Shown: positions 27,338 through 39,047 of the stretch, one piece after another
Numbering within the stretch: position 1 is the first letter of the stretch
Layout of the letters: every line of letters begins with the position of its first letter
Origin: an uncultured Acidobacteriota bacterium
GTDB lineage: Bacteria; Acidobacteriota; Terriglobia; Terriglobales; Acidobacteriaceae
Assembly (NCBI GenBank): GCA_963779365.1
Contig: CAVZYB010000030.1
Span: 90,117-154,116, forward strand
DNA length: 64,000 nucleotides
Direction of reading: 5' to 3'
Program-made: the position numbers and the translations under genes
Notes under the pieces: generated by a model
The model's database searches: none
What the model saw: only the letters and a program-made list of their open reading frames with translations
Told to the model about the DNA's origin: nothing

Positions 27338-29219
27338 TTAGATTCGTCCTCCCACGTACCAGGGCGCACTCACCGTAAAGATGCGTTCATTGCCGCGGGC
27401 GAGCAGCACCCATTCCAGAAGCCGGCCACGCTGATTGTGAAGGAAGTATTCATACCATCTGTCTTCCACGAGCTCGGGTATGACCACGATGATGCTGCGA
27501 TCGGGATGCTTTTTCGAAAGATCGAGAACGAACTGAACGATGGGAATGATGACGAAGCGGTAGGGTGAGGGCAGGACATGGAGCTTTGGCGGCTCCTTGC
27601 CGGCCGCGCGAAACGGTTCTTCAACGTAGCGCTTCCAGTCCGTCTCGAAGCAATTCGGAGTGCTCGCTGGGCTCGACGTGCAGGGCGATCACTTCCGGTG
27701 AAAGCCGGGCGGCAAATTCAATTCCCTGGCGGGTGATGTTGCTCCAGCGGTCGATGGGAATGACGGCAATGGGAGGCTGGCTGAGGCCTGCGGCGTGGAC
27801 CGGAACCTTGCAGGTGGTGAGCACCTTTACGGAGTGGTAGTGGCGGCGGACAGCGGACGAAGAAAACAATCGTCAACGGAATGAAAAGCAGCGTAATCCA
27901 TGCGCCTTCCACGAATTTCGCAACCAGCACGACAACCACCGTGATGCCGGTGACGAGCGCGCCGAGCCCATTGACCAGCGCGCTCTTCAGCCAATGCGGC
28001 CCGCGATTCTTTCAGCCAGTGCATGACCATGCCGGCCTGCGAAAGCGTGAAGGCCAGAAAAGCGCCGACGGCATAGAGCGGGATGAGCCGATCGGTGACG
28101 CCGCCAAAAAGATGAGAAGGCCGCCGCAGAGCACCGCCAGGACAACGATGCCGTAGGTATAGACGAGCCGCCGCCCGCGGTACCCGAAAGCGTGCGGGAG
28201 GTAGTTGTTCTGCGCGATGGCGCGGCAGAGGCGCGGAAAATCGGCGAAGGCGGTGTTGGCGGAGAGCGAAAGAACGAAAAGAATCGAGGCGATGGTCAGG
28301 TAGTAGAAAAAGCCTTTGCCGAAAACGGCGGCGATGAGCATGGAGAGAACGCTCTGGTAGCCGGGCTGGCCCGGATCGGTGGCGGCGATGCCGTAAACCT
28401 TCACAAGATAGGAAATTCCCGCCAGCAGCACCGCCAGGAGAAAAATAATCACGGTGAGAGTGCGCTGGGCGTTTTTCACGGCTGGCTCGCGGAAGGCCTT
28501 CACGCCGTTGCTGACAGCCTCCACGCCGGTCAATGCCGTGCAGCCGCTGGCGAAAACCTTCAGCAGCAGCCAGTAGCTGACGGCTTCGGTCACGCGGCGG
28601 CGGAGGCGGAAGGGGCGCCACCGGCGTGGGATGTCCGCCGCTGAGGAGAACACGGATAACGCCCGCGACGATGGTAATGAGAAGCGTGCCGACAAAGAGA
28701 TAGGTGGGAACCGCGAAGGCCAGGCCGGCATCGCGCACGCCGCGGAGATTGAGGATGGTGATGACGATCAGAATGCCGACGCAGAGAGAAACCGTGTGCG
28801 GCAGCAAGGACGGAACGGCCGAGACCAAGGCGCCGACTCCCGCGGAAATGCCCACGGCGGCGGTGAGGATGTAGTCGGCGAGCAGCGCGGCCGCGGCAAG
28901 CAGGCTGGCCGGTGCGCCAAGGTTGAAGCGCGCCACGGTATAGGAGCCGCCGCCGGAAGGATAGGCGGCGATGGTCTGGCGATAGGAAAAGTACACGATC
29001 ACGAGCAACGTGATGATGGCGGCGCTGATGGGAACGATGTACCGCACGCCGAGCAGGCCAAGCGGGAATCAGAAGGCTGAGAGCCGCTTCCGGGCCGTAA
29101 GCAGCCGAGCTAAGCGCGTCGAGACCAAAGATCGGGATGCCCTGCGCCGGACCGATCTGCTCGGCGCGTTCGTCACTGGTCTTGATGGGCTTGCCGACAA
29201 CGAGGTCAATGATGTTCAT
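27338..29219 (-). pseudogene. APC-superfamily amino acid/polyamine permease with a cytoplasmic C-terminal extension (about 625 aa), at least 6 frame disruptions
   Basis: N-terminus MNIIDLVVGKPIKTSDERAEQIGPAQGIPIFGLDALSSAAYGPEAAL. TM segments are spread over ORFs 27827-29047, 28012-28731 and 27718-27939. My own read of the tail gives DWKRYVEEPFRAAGKEPPKLHVLPSPYRFVIIPIVQF...IFTVSAPWYVGGRI followed by TAA at 27338-27340. Confidence 0.8.
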
Positions 29220-29331
29220 GAGGCAATGGGGTCCGTGCAAATCATCAGGATGTCTCCTTGGGGCTGGGGTTGTGCCAACCGCCGGCTGCAGCGATGATCG
29301 CGTCAGCCTGTTTCCCCGGAATCAATAGCGA

Positions 29332-30837
29332 TTATTTGGGAAGGCTTTCGAGCGGAAGAAAAACGGAGAAGCACGTTCCGGATCTCCCGGGTCGAACCGA
29401 ACTGTGGAGTCTTAGGGTTCCGCCGTGCTTCTGGACGATGGTTCGAGAGACCCAGAGCCCGATCCCGGTTCCCAGTTCACCCTTCGTCGTGTAAAAAGCT
29501 TGAAAAAGCTGCGCACAGTGTTCCGGCGCAATTCCCGGTCCGTTGTCCACGATACTGATCCGCACGCCCTGCTCACCGGTTTTCAAGCGCCGCGCCTTAC
29601 GTATGCCGACGACGAGCGTGTCTCCGGTGGTCGCCAGCGCATCCATCGCATTCACAATGAGATTGGAAAAAACTTGCCGCAGCTCTCCAGGCGAGCCCAT
29701 CACCGTGCCTTCGTAGCGGTATTTTCGTTTCACCTCAACGCCCAGCGTCATCGTCTTGCGCTGGTACAGGGTGAGTACATTTTCCAGCAGTTGCGAAATC
29801 TGCACCGGCTCCCGGCACCCGGCCGCACCGCGCTGCATCCCCAGCGTGAGCTTGGTGATCTCGGCCACGCGTCGGAGCTCTTCGTGCGCCAGATCAACGT
29901 ACTTGCGTACCTCGGCATCGAGATCGAGCCGGCTCCGCAGCAGATAAAGAATGTTACCGATGGCCTCAAGCGGATTGTTGATCTCGTGTGCCACGGTCGC
30001 GGCCATGCGCCCAGCCAGTGCGAGCTTCTCCGCTTTCCGTAACGCCTCTTCCGCATTCTTCTGCTCGGTAATGTCCCGGGCAATGGTGGATGCACCCAGC
30101 AACCGCCCCTGTCCGTCGCGAATCGGAGAGATGGTCAAAGCTACGTCAAGCCTGCGGCCATCCTGGGCGACCCGCACGGTCTCGAAGTGCAGGATTCGTT
30201 CTCCGCGCCGCAGCCGGTTCAGGATATGAGTTACCTCGTCAGGCCGATCCGCCGGGAGGAGCTTGGCGATCGGTTGCCCGATCATTTCCTCTTGCTTGTA
30301 GCCGTACATCATTTCGGCAGCGTGGTTCCAGCTTGTGATCGTGCCGTCCAACGTCTTGCTCAGGATGGCGTCGGACGAATCGTCGATGATGGCCGCCAGC
30401 AAGGCCTGGGTTGGAAGGACGGCCGGGGTTGCCGGTTGCGCGATCGGAACCGGCTCCGCACGGGGAGCTCTCTGGGTCAGAATCTGGTCGAGAGCTGTAA
30501 TCAGGCCCTCCGGTCCCTCGTTCTTCCCGACGATGTGGTCGGCATACGCGAGCGCTTCGTTGGCATTCGTTGTGCCTGAAAAGGAAATAATCGGGACATA
30601 CGGTTTCAACCGCTTCATCGTCAAGGCCACGCCAGCGGCGGTTGTTCTTCCCAGCAGGTGGTCTGTTACCACCACATCGACGTCGTGCAAGCGGAATAGA
30701 TCCATGCCGTCGTCGCCGTTCGTGGCCGCCAATGTCTTGAATCCGACGCTCTCCAGCACAAGTTTGCGCAGTTGCAAGCCAGCCAGTTCGTCATCGATCA
30801 GCAGTACCGTGCAATTCGCCCGCATTGACGACACCAT
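29332..30837 (-). CDS. Hybrid sensor: N-terminal receiver (REC) domain, PAS domain, HisKA and HATPase_c histidine kinase
   Basis: Intact 501 aa. VLLIDDE...VDVVVTDHLL (REC). ITSWNHAAEMMYGY (PAS). VAHEINNPL (H-box). NLIVNAMDA, DNGPGI, GTGIGL (N, G1 and G2 boxes). Confidence 0.9.
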   Translation of the reverse strand: MVSSMRANCTVLLIDDELAGLQLRKLVLESVGFKTLAATNGDDGMDLFRLHDVDVVVTDHLLGRTTAAGVALTMKRLKPYVPIISFSGTTNANEALAYADHIVGKNEGPEGLITALDQILTQRAPRAEPVPIAQPATPAVLPTQALLAAIIDDSSDAILSKTLDGTITSWNHAAEMMYGYKQEEMIGQPIAKLLPADRPDEVTHILNRLRRGERILHFETVRVAQDGRRLDVALTISPIRDGQGRLLGASTIARDITEQKNAEEALRKAEKLALAGRMAATVAHEINNPLEAIGNILYLLRSRLDLDAEVRKYVDLAHEELRRVAEITKLTLGMQRGAAGCREPVQISQLLENVLTLYQRKTMTLGVEVKRKYRYEGTVMGSPGELRQVFSNLIVNAMDALATTGDTLVVGIRKARRLKTGEQGVRISIVDNGPGIAPEHCAQLFQAFYTTKGELGTGIGLWVSRTIVQKHGGTLRLHSSVRPGRSGTCFSVFLPLESLPK

Positions 30838-31122
30838 GCACTCCCTTCGACGAGCCGCTGCGCTTTGGACGCGCTACGCAAGGAGCGTCTCACCTCTTTG
30901 ATGCAGCAAATCTGTTGATTTCTGTTATTTGTTTCGCATTCGCCAGCCAAATCTGTGCCGCCACTCTCGCACGGCACCACAACGGGACCCATAACTTTGA
31001 ACCGAGTAGCCACATCGTAGCTTCGTTCGGTGGCAGCTTTCAACTCTGCTTGCAACGGGAGTATCGCGCGGCGCTATCCATAGCCCGCTCCGATCGATGC
31101 TACCGCAGAGCTTTGCTGCTAC

Positions 31123-32730
31123 TCAGTGGCTCATCACATTCGGGAAGACCCAGTAGAAAATCAATCCGATCACAATCAGGTATCCGAGCATGAACAAGGT
31201 CCAAGCCATGTTGTGCCGGATCACCTCACCTTCGCTACGCACAAAGCGGCTGGTTGAGACACCCACGCTGGCGGTTTGCGGGGCGATCGGCTTGCCCACT
31301 TCCGCGCCCACCGAATTCAGCGAGGGCAATAACAGGATTGGCATATTCAACAATCTTCCGGTCGCCGCCTGCACCGGGCCAAACATTGCATTCGTCGAGG
31401 TGTTGCTACCTGACAAAGCTACCCCAATCCATCCCAGGACCGGCGACAATACCACGAAACCCCACCCGATTTTGGAGAGTCCATACGCCAGCGAAGCCGC
31501 CATGCCGCTGAACACGAATACATAAGCTAGGCCGAAGATGAAAAGAGCCACCAGGAAAGCTCCCCACATCTGCTGAAACGTCCGTGCGAACACCTGCTTC
31601 AGCGTACTTAAGCTGGGCCGCAACAACATCAGGATCACCAGCCAGGAAACCAGAATGGAAGTTCCGCCGCTCAGCGGATTGAAATTGAAGGTGGATGCCA
31701 CCGGCTTATGGGTGATCGAACTGATGGCGCGCTCCGAAGCCATGTACAGCGATTTCGATGGCAAGTGCGACCACGGCCCGGTCCACAGAACAACCACGAT
31801 CAGCAACACCACATACGGCATCCACGCGCGCAGCGCCTCGCTCTGCAACAGTGGTGGATCGGCGGCCTCCGCTTCTTCCTGGGTCAGCCGCTTTCCCCCA
31901 AATACGCGAACCGTCTTCGGCCGCCAGACTTTTATGAAGAAGAACATCGCCCAGAAGGAAAGAATTGCGCCGCTCAGATCAGGCATGTACGGCCCCAGGT
32001 AGCGCGCCACCGGCCACTGCCCGGCGATGTAGGAGAGCGAAGCTACAATGGCAAGCGGCCACGCCTCCTTCACCCCTGCCCAGTCAGTCACAAGGTACAT
32101 CAGTATCCAGGGTGGCAGCAGGGCTAATACTGCGACAATGTGTCCCACCGAAGCCGATAGTTGCAACATCGGCAGTCCGGTGACTGCGGCTAAGGCCAGA
32201 ATGGGAGCTCCCAGTGCGCCAAAGGAGACGGGCGCGTTATTCGCCAGTGCGGCCACGCGTATCGCTTCCAGGTCAGCAATTCCCAAGCCGGCCAGAATAG
32301 GAACCACCACTGCCCACGGATACCCGAACCCGACTAACCCCTCCAGTAGAGCGCCGAACGACCAGGCCAGCATCAGTGTCTGGATGCGAATGTCAACCGT
32401 GGCTTGGTTGATCATCCAGTTCTTGAATCGCTCGAAATCTCCGGTCAGTACCAGGGTATTGAAGATCACAAGTCCCCAAAGGACAATCCAGTCTATGGTC
32501 CACACCCCTTGCGATGCCCCGTAAACATAGGCTCTCAGAACTGAACCGGCCGGCGCCTGCCATACAAAGACCGCCATTCCGATGGTTACAACGCTGGCGA
32601 TGATCGTGGCTAACCAGGCGGTCATGCGGACGACCGCCAACAGAAACAACAAGACGATTAGGGGAACCAGCGATGCCAGAATTGTCATTAGGAGGTTCTG
32701 GCCCGCAGGCTCAAGAATTTGACTAAACAT
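31123..32730 (-). CDS. lctP: L-lactate/glycolate permease (LctP family)
   Basis: About 535 aa, multi-TM. LLEGLVGFGYPWAV, NNAPVSFGALGAP, LSGSNTSTNAMFG. Start taken at MFSQILEP (ATG 32728-32730); the track ORF extends to 32949. Confidence 0.85.
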   Translation of the reverse strand: MFSQILEPAGQNLLMTILASLVPLIVLLFLLAVVRMTAWLATIIASVVTIGMAVFVWQAPAGSVLRAYVYGASQGVWTIDWIVLWGLVIFNTLVLTGDFERFKNWMINQATVDIRIQTLMLAWSFGALLEGLVGFGYPWAVVVPILAGLGIADLEAIRVAALANNAPVSFGALGAPILALAAVTGLPMLQLSASVGHIVAVLALLPPWILMYLVTDWAGVKEAWPLAIVASLSYIAGQWPVARYLGPYMPDLSGAILSFWAMFFFIKVWRPKTVRVFGGKRLTQEEAEAADPPLLQSEALRAWMPYVVLLIVVVLWTGPWSHLPSKSLYMASERAISSITHKPVASTFNFNPLSGGTSILVSWLVILMLLRPSLSTLKQVFARTFQQMWGAFLVALFIFGLAYVFVFSGMAASLAYGLSKIGWGFVVLSPVLGWIGVALSGSNTSTNAMFGPVQAATGRLLNMPILLLPSLNSVGAEVGKPIAPQTASVGVSTSRFVRSEGEVIRHNMAWTLFMLGYLIVIGLIFYWVFPNVMSH

Positions 32731-33011
32731 CGCCTGAGTACCTCTAAAGCGCATGCGGTTACAACAGCGTTCAGGCTGTGAAGTGCGCTTTTGCAGCCTT
32801 GATGCTCGACGTGAAACGTATGTTGTCACCCGTCGCGAGAAACACGTGACCTGAATAGACATCTCCAGTCTGGATTCGCAGCAACACAATTTCCGTTCAG
32901 CAGGCTCAACACACGACAGTGCTCCTCGAATGACCGGCCGAGAACACAAGTTCTGTACAACCCCCGCCGTTTAAGAAGTTCTAATATGTCACGCTCGGGA
33001 AGGCCACCACG

Positions 33012-34109
33012 ATGAACCCAAAGACCGCACTGCTGCTCGCGTTGACGCTTGCGATAGCTGGCCAGGGACTGGCGCAGAACACAACAGACAAGACCGAAAC
33101 GGCAGACCAGAACGGCACCTATGCGATCAAGACTGGCGCCTCCGGCAAAGGTGAAAAGAACGACTTGGGCTTTCCCCACGACGGAAAGATTTCGGACGTG
33201 AATGCGATCGGGAGTCGCAACGTCGGGTGCAACACAGGACTGGGTAACTGGTATTCGCTGGAGAGCCAGGTGCGCGAGGGCAAGGTCTTCGCCATGCAGG
33301 TGGAGCAGGGTGCGAAGGTCGTCAACGATCCGGTGGTGAGCGAGTACGTCAACCGCGTCGCGCAGAATATCGTGCGCAACTCCGATGCCAAGGTTCCGTT
33401 CACGGTAAAGGTGCTGGATGACGATTCGGTGAACGCGTTCGCACTGCCTGGCGGCTACTTCTACGTGCAGAGCGGACTGATTTTAGCCGCCGACAACGAG
33501 GCCGAATTGGCTGCCGTGATGGCCCACGAGATTGGCCATGTCGCCGCCTGCCACGCGGCCCGCCAGCAGACGCGCAGCAACCTCGCGCAGCTCGCTACCA
33601 TTCCCCTGATTTTTATGGGCGGCGGGTTGGCCTTCGGACTGTATGAAGCAGCCGGCATTGGCGTGCCGCTGACGTTCATGAAATTCCAGCGTAACTTTGA
33701 GGCGCAGGCGGACTACCTCGGAGTGCAGTATCTGTACGCGAGCGGTTACGATCCGCAAGCCTTCCCGCAGTTCTTCGAGAAGATCCAGGTGCAGGAAAAA
33801 AAGAAACCGGGATTCATGGCAAAGGCGTTTGAGACTCATCCGCCGACGCCGGCACGCATGGAACACGCGCAGCATGAGATCGCCACGATTCTGCCCGCAA
33901 GGCCGCAATACGTGGTGGATACATCGGAGTTCCAGGAGGTCAAGGCACGGCTGGCGGCGCTGGAAAACATGCGCAAGGTGAGCCATGGGAAAGACAAGGG
34001 ACCGAGCCTGCGGCGGGCTAACACAAGCCAGGGTGACAGCACGAATCCCGCTGACACAACGCAGAGCACGGACGACCGCCCCACATTGAAGCGCCGCAAC
34101 GATCCGTAA
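33012..34109 (+). CDS. Secreted M48-family zinc metallopeptidase (BepA/YfgC-like)
   Basis: Signal peptide MNPKTALLLALTLAIAGQGLA. HEIGHV zinc motif. FEAQADYLGVQYLYASGYDPQAFPQFFEKI. Confidence 0.85.
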   Translation: MNPKTALLLALTLAIAGQGLAQNTTDKTETADQNGTYAIKTGASGKGEKNDLGFPHDGKISDVNAIGSRNVGCNTGLGNWYSLESQVREGKVFAMQVEQGAKVVNDPVVSEYVNRVAQNIVRNSDAKVPFTVKVLDDDSVNAFALPGGYFYVQSGLILAADNEAELAAVMAHEIGHVAACHAARQQTRSNLAQLATIPLIFMGGGLAFGLYEAAGIGVPLTFMKFQRNFEAQADYLGVQYLYASGYDPQAFPQFFEKIQVQEKKKPGFMAKAFETHPPTPARMEHAQHEIATILPARPQYVVDTSEFQEVKARLAALENMRKVSHGKDKGPSLRRANTSQGDSTNPADTTQSTDDRPTLKRRNDP

Positions 34110-34128
34110 AAATCCTAGCGGGCGATCG

Positions 34129-34160
34129 ACGATGCTCCGGTTCTCCGGAGCATCGTTTTC
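34129..34160 (+). terminator. Rho-independent terminator after the M48 peptidase gene (between convergent genes)
   Basis: ACGATGCTCCGGttctCCGGAGCATCGT followed by TTTC. 12-bp perfect stem, 20 nt after the stop. Confidence 0.75.
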
Positions 34161-34183
34161 GAGTTCTCCGCAACGCATTCCGA

Positions 34184-35994
34184 TTAGCTGGCCGTCGCGT
34201 GACTCACCGCCGCAGCCTCCTCGTAGAGGCGTTCGATCTCATCCCGGTATTGCACTTCAAGATGGCGGCGGCGCAATTTGAGGGTCGGAGTCAACGTGCC
34301 GGCAGCAATGCTGAGGTCGTCTGGAAGCAGCAACACCTTTTTCAGTTTCTCGTAACGCGCCAGACTCTGGTTTACCTCACCCACAATTTCCTCATACAGT
34401 GCCTGCACGCGCGGGTGCTGAACCAGTTCAGCGCGGTCGTTGAACGTGATCCGATTCTGCCGGGCCCACTCTTCCAGCTGCTCGAAACTCGGCGCAATCA
34501 GCACCGCCGGAAAGCGCCGGCGCTCGCCGATAACCGCGGCTTCGGCAACCAGCGGGTTTCTCTTCAACGAGTTCTCAATCGGCTGCGGAGCGATGAACTT
34601 GCCCCCGGAGGTTTTGATCAGGTTCTTCTTCCGGTCCGTCACCGTGAGAAAGCCATCTGCGTCGATATTGCCAATGTCGCCGGTCTTGAACCAATCTCCA
34701 TCGAAAGAGTCCTGCGTCTCCTCCGGCATGCGCCAGTAGCCCTGCAGCACGTTCGGTCCGCGGACCAGAATCTCGCCATCCTCGGCAGTGCGCACCTCCA
34801 CGTTGGACAGCGGACGTCCAACACTTCCGATTTTGTTTTGACCGGGACTGTTGATCGCGATCAGCGGAGAGGTCTCGGTGAGTCCGTAGCCTTCAAAGAT
34901 CTCGATACCGACCTTGGCATACCACTCGCCGAGTTCGCGGCCCAGCGGCGCGCCGCCCGCCAGGAAGATCTCAACCCGCCCGCCCATCGCCTCGCGAATC
35001 TTCGAGAAGACAAGTTTGTCGGCCACCCTCCAACGCAGCGCCTTGGGACGCTTGCCCGCAAAGATTTCATGGACGTGCTCGCTGCCCACCTTGATCGCCC
35101 AATTGAAGATGCTGCTCTTGATTCCTTGCGAGGCTTGCCCGCTTGCCCGGTTGTAAATCTTCTCGTAGACGCGCGGCACGGCAACGAAGAGCGTGGGACG
35201 AATCTCTTTCATGACCCTCGGCAGATCATCGATCACCGGACAATAAGCCAGCGTGCAACCTCGATTCAGCAACCCAATATCAACATGCCGCGCAACGATG
35301 TGGGCCAGCGGCAGGAATGAAATTGAGATCATGCCCGGCTTGATATTGAACAACTCAAACGAAACTCCAATATTGGACGCCAGGTTGCCATGGGTGATCA
35401 TCACCCCCTTGGGTACTCCGGTTGTGCCTGAGGTGTAGATCAGCGTTGCCAGAGTCAGCGGGGTGATCTCGCGTGCCATCGCTTCGAATTCCGGATCGCG
35501 CTCAGTCGAGCCATTCCCGTACAGGTCGCCCATCCAAAGCACATCCGTCGTCGGATGGCACGGCATGGTCCATCACGACGATGCGTTCGAGTTGAGTCAG
35601 CCGCGCGGATACGAAGTATCTTCTCCAACTGCTCCTTGGTTGAAACGAAGATGACCTTCGCGCCTGAATTTTCCAACACGTACGCGCATTGTTCGGAGGT
35701 CAGCGTGTAATAGATCGGCACGGTAGCTGCGCCAATCATCAGCGCAGCAAAATCGGCGATCGTCCACTCGGGCCGGTTCTCGCTCAGGATTGCAACCCGG
35801 TCTCCCTGCTTTATGCCGCAGGCACGCAGTCCGCGTGCAACGCCGGACACGCGCCGGTACAATTCGCGACTGGAAATGCGCTTCCACTCGCCGCCTTCTT
35901 TGTAAAGCATCAGTTGGTCGGAGTTGTGTTTCACGGCGTTGAGAAAAATATCAACAATTGTGTCCGCTTGAAGAGCGACTTCGCCTGATTTCAT
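34184..35994 (-). pseudogene. Long-chain fatty acid-CoA ligase (AMP-dependent synthetase), at least 2 frame disruptions near 35560-35600
   Basis: LIYTSGTTGVPKGVMITHGN (AMP-binding motif), EGYGLTETS, WFKTGDIG, KTSGGKFIAPQ (ORF 34184-35566). N-terminus MKSGEVAL...GDRVAILSENRPEW (ORF 35455-36120). Confidence 0.9.
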
Positions 35995-36292
35995 TGCGTG
36001 CCCCACTGGAAGGCAGAATAAAAGTCTGAGCGATGACACCACTCTGCACTCTGAGATGCTGACGTGCAACCAAATGATGCCTCCGGCTCGATTCGATTGT
36101 CCAGAAAAATCCCCGCTCAAACGTCGTTCCTCGGGACATTGTGGTCACCCGCCTCGCGTCCGGATGACGATCAACGAAGTTTGCGATTGCAACGTTCCGC
36201 GCATACTCTAAACCAAGGCCATCGACTGCACGTTCACTAGCCGCCAGGCGGGCGAGTGTCGAACCGGCTCATAACCCCGGAGGAATTTCAGC

Positions 36293-38953
36293 GTGACCCT
36301 CAAACGTCTTGCACTTGTTTTTCTGCTGCTTAGCTTCTCCGTCACTTCCCTCTCCGCCGAGGAGCAGTCTCAGGTCACGCGGGCCACGCTCTCCGATGGT
36401 TTGCGGGTCGTTCTCGTCCGCAACCCGCTCGCTCCGGTGGTTACAGTGGAGATGAACTTCCTCGTCGGAGGCGATGAGACTCCCCTGGGGTTTCCCGGCA
36501 TGGCCCACGCCCAGGAGCACATGGCGTTTCGCGGATGCAAGGGCATGTCCGCCGACCAGACCGCAGCCATTTACGCGCTGCTGGGCGGCCAGAACAACGC
36601 CGATACCCAGCAGAACATTACGCAGTATTTTGCTACCGTTCCGGCAGCCGATCTTGACGTCGCGCTGCGGGCACAGGCCGCCTGTCTGCAAGGCATCGAC
36701 GACTCACAGCAGGAATGGGCGCAGGAACGCGGCGCAATCGAGCAGGAAGTGGCGCGCGACCTTTCCAATCCGACTTACAAGTTCATCGACCGGCTGAATC
36801 AGAACATGTTCGCCGGCACGCCGTATGCGCACGACCCTCTGGGCACGAAAGGTTCCTTCGATGCGACCACTGGTGAAATGCTGAAACGGTTTTATGAGAG
36901 CTGGTATGCGCCCGGCAACGCCATTCTGGTCATCGCCGGCGATATCGATCCAGTAGCCACACTGGCCAGAGTCAAGCAATTGTTTGACGGCATTCCTGCC
37001 CATCCGGTGCCACCACGCCCGGCCATAGACCTCAAACCGGTGAAGCCGGAAGGCTTCACTCTTGACAGCAATCTCCCCTACGTACTCGGCTTCGTCGCCT
37101 ATCGCCTTCCAGGAACAGATTCTCCGGACTATGCCGCGGCCCAGGTGTTGAGCGACATATTGACGAGCCAGCGCGGCGACCTTTACGCGATAGTGCCGGC
37201 GGGCAAGGCGCTGGACGCGGAATTTGGCTTGGCCGAGACTTACCCCAAAGCCAGCGTCGGTTACGCCATGGTGGCTCTCCCGTCCGAGGCAGATTCCTCT
37301 GCTGCGATCAACGAGGTGCGCCAGATCCTCGGAAACTATGCCGCCAAAGGCTTTCCCGAAGACCTGGTAACGGCAGCCAAAAGAGGCGAACTGGCGGCGG
37401 CGGAGTTTCAACGCAACTCGATTCCAGGGCTGGCCGATGTCTGGTCCAACGCGCTTGCCGCCGAAGGCCGCAACTCTCCTGACGACGATGTGGAAGCCAT
37501 CCGCCGCGTCACCCTGGCGGACGTGAACCGGGTCGCGAAGCAGTACCTGGTGAGCCAGAACTCGATCACCGCTACGCTAAAGCCGGTGCCGAGCGGACAG
37601 CCCGTGGCCGAGAAAGGCTTCGGTGGGGCGGAGCAAGTGACCTCGGCTCCAACCAAGCCGGTGCAACTGCCCGAGTGGGCGGCCGGCCCGTTAGCCCAGC
37701 TCAAAGTACCCGCGAACTACATCACCGCGTCGGATACCATTCTCCGGAATGGCATTCGCCTGATCGTCAAGACTGACGCGACCAGTCCTACGGTTACCGT
37801 CATGGGATCGATCAAGCATAATTCCGATTTGCAGACGCCCCCCGGGCAGGAGGGCGTTTCCGATCTTCTGGAGGACCTCTTCTCCTACGGAACGCAAACG
37901 CTGGACCGGTTGGCTTTCCGCAAGGCGCTCGATGACATTGCCGCCAATGAGAGTGCAGGCTACAGCTTTTCGGTCAAAGTTTTGAAGGACAACTTCTCTC
38001 GCGGGGTTCAATTGTTGGCCGACAATGAACTGCATCCGGCGCTCCCGGCGCAGGCCTTTCCGATCGTTAAACAGCAAACCTCCCAGTTCGTTGCCGGCAA
38101 CCTGATTAGCCCTGAGTACCGGACCTCGCGGGCCCTTGATCTCGCGTTATTACCTCCAGGCGACCCTGTCCTGCGGGAGGTCACGCCAGCCACTCTGGCC
38201 AAGATCGGCTTGGATAATGTGAAGCAATACTTCGCCGCTACTTTCAGACCTGACCTGACCACTATCGTGGTCATCGGCGACGTCTCACCGAAGGACGCTG
38301 AGGCGGTGATCGAGAGGTGGTTTGGTGATTGGAAAGCAACCGGCCCCAAGCCAAACACCATCTTGCCTGCAGTTCCGTTGAACAAACCTTCGGCGTCGAA
38401 TGTACCCGATCCTGAGGCCGTGCAAGACTCCGTGGATCTCTCTCAGCAATTAAACCTCAACCGCTTCGACCCGGATTACTACCCCTTGCAACTGGGCAAT
38501 CATGTGTTGGGTGGAGGCTTTTACGCGACTCGCCTGTACCACGATTTGCGCCAGGTGGCGGGCTACGTTTACAACGTCGATGTCAGCCTGACGGCCTCGG
38601 AGACCAGGGCCAGCTATTCCGTTACCTACGGTTGCGATCCGCAAAACGTCTCTAAGGCACGGGCGTTGATTCAGCGCGATCTGGATCAGATGCGTACGGA
38701 TGAGGTTCCAGCCAATGAACTGCACCAGGCCAAAGCCCTGCTGCTGCGGCAAATTCCTCTCAGCGAATCCAGCGAAGATGCGGTCGCCGAAGGGTTGCTG
38801 CGTCGAGCCGAGATCGGTCTGCCACTGGATGAACCGATCCGGGCCGCCGAGACATACTCCAAACTCAGCGCCGCAGAAGTAAAAGCGGCTTTCGAGAAAA
38901 AGATTCGTACCGGAGACTTCGTTCAGGTAGTCAGAGGTCCAACTCCGCAGTAG
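36293..38953 (+). CDS. Secreted M16-family (pitrilysin/insulinase-like) zinc peptidase, duplicated M16 module (886 aa)
   Basis: Intact ORF. GTG start after GGAGG. Signal peptide LALVFLLLSFSVTSLSA. Inverted zinc motif HAQEH in GMAHAQEHMAFRG. Confidence 0.85.
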   Translation: MTLKRLALVFLLLSFSVTSLSAEEQSQVTRATLSDGLRVVLVRNPLAPVVTVEMNFLVGGDETPLGFPGMAHAQEHMAFRGCKGMSADQTAAIYALLGGQNNADTQQNITQYFATVPAADLDVALRAQAACLQGIDDSQQEWAQERGAIEQEVARDLSNPTYKFIDRLNQNMFAGTPYAHDPLGTKGSFDATTGEMLKRFYESWYAPGNAILVIAGDIDPVATLARVKQLFDGIPAHPVPPRPAIDLKPVKPEGFTLDSNLPYVLGFVAYRLPGTDSPDYAAAQVLSDILTSQRGDLYAIVPAGKALDAEFGLAETYPKASVGYAMVALPSEADSSAAINEVRQILGNYAAKGFPEDLVTAAKRGELAAAEFQRNSIPGLADVWSNALAAEGRNSPDDDVEAIRRVTLADVNRVAKQYLVSQNSITATLKPVPSGQPVAEKGFGGAEQVTSAPTKPVQLPEWAAGPLAQLKVPANYITASDTILRNGIRLIVKTDATSPTVTVMGSIKHNSDLQTPPGQEGVSDLLEDLFSYGTQTLDRLAFRKALDDIAANESAGYSFSVKVLKDNFSRGVQLLADNELHPALPAQAFPIVKQQTSQFVAGNLISPEYRTSRALDLALLPPGDPVLREVTPATLAKIGLDNVKQYFAATFRPDLTTIVVIGDVSPKDAEAVIERWFGDWKATGPKPNTILPAVPLNKPSASNVPDPEAVQDSVDLSQQLNLNRFDPDYYPLQLGNHVLGGGFYATRLYHDLRQVAGYVYNVDVSLTASETRASYSVTYGCDPQNVSKARALIQRDLDQMRTDEVPANELHQAKALLLRQIPLSESSEDAVAEGLLRRAEIGLPLDEPIRAAETYSKLSAAEVKAAFEKKIRTGDFVQVVRGPTPQ

Positions 38954-38971
38954 TCGAGACCGAGCGCGGAA

Positions 38972-39000
38972 GGCGACGCCGCGAGGGCCGGGGCGTCGCC
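38972..39000 (+). terminator. GC-rich hairpin after the M16 gene (weak terminator candidate, no T-tract)
   Basis: GGCGACGCCgcgagggccggGGCGTCGCC, 19 nt after the stop. Confidence 0.35.
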
Positions 39001-39047
39001 GTCACAACACCGGGTAGCTTCGAATACTAAACTGCCGTGGGGAAAAT

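Noticed and set aside
30798-31055. 85-aa minus-strand ORF between lctP and the histidine kinase.
   Set aside because: It overlaps the kinase start by 40 nt, has a Cys/Arg-rich composition, and has no SD or family match.
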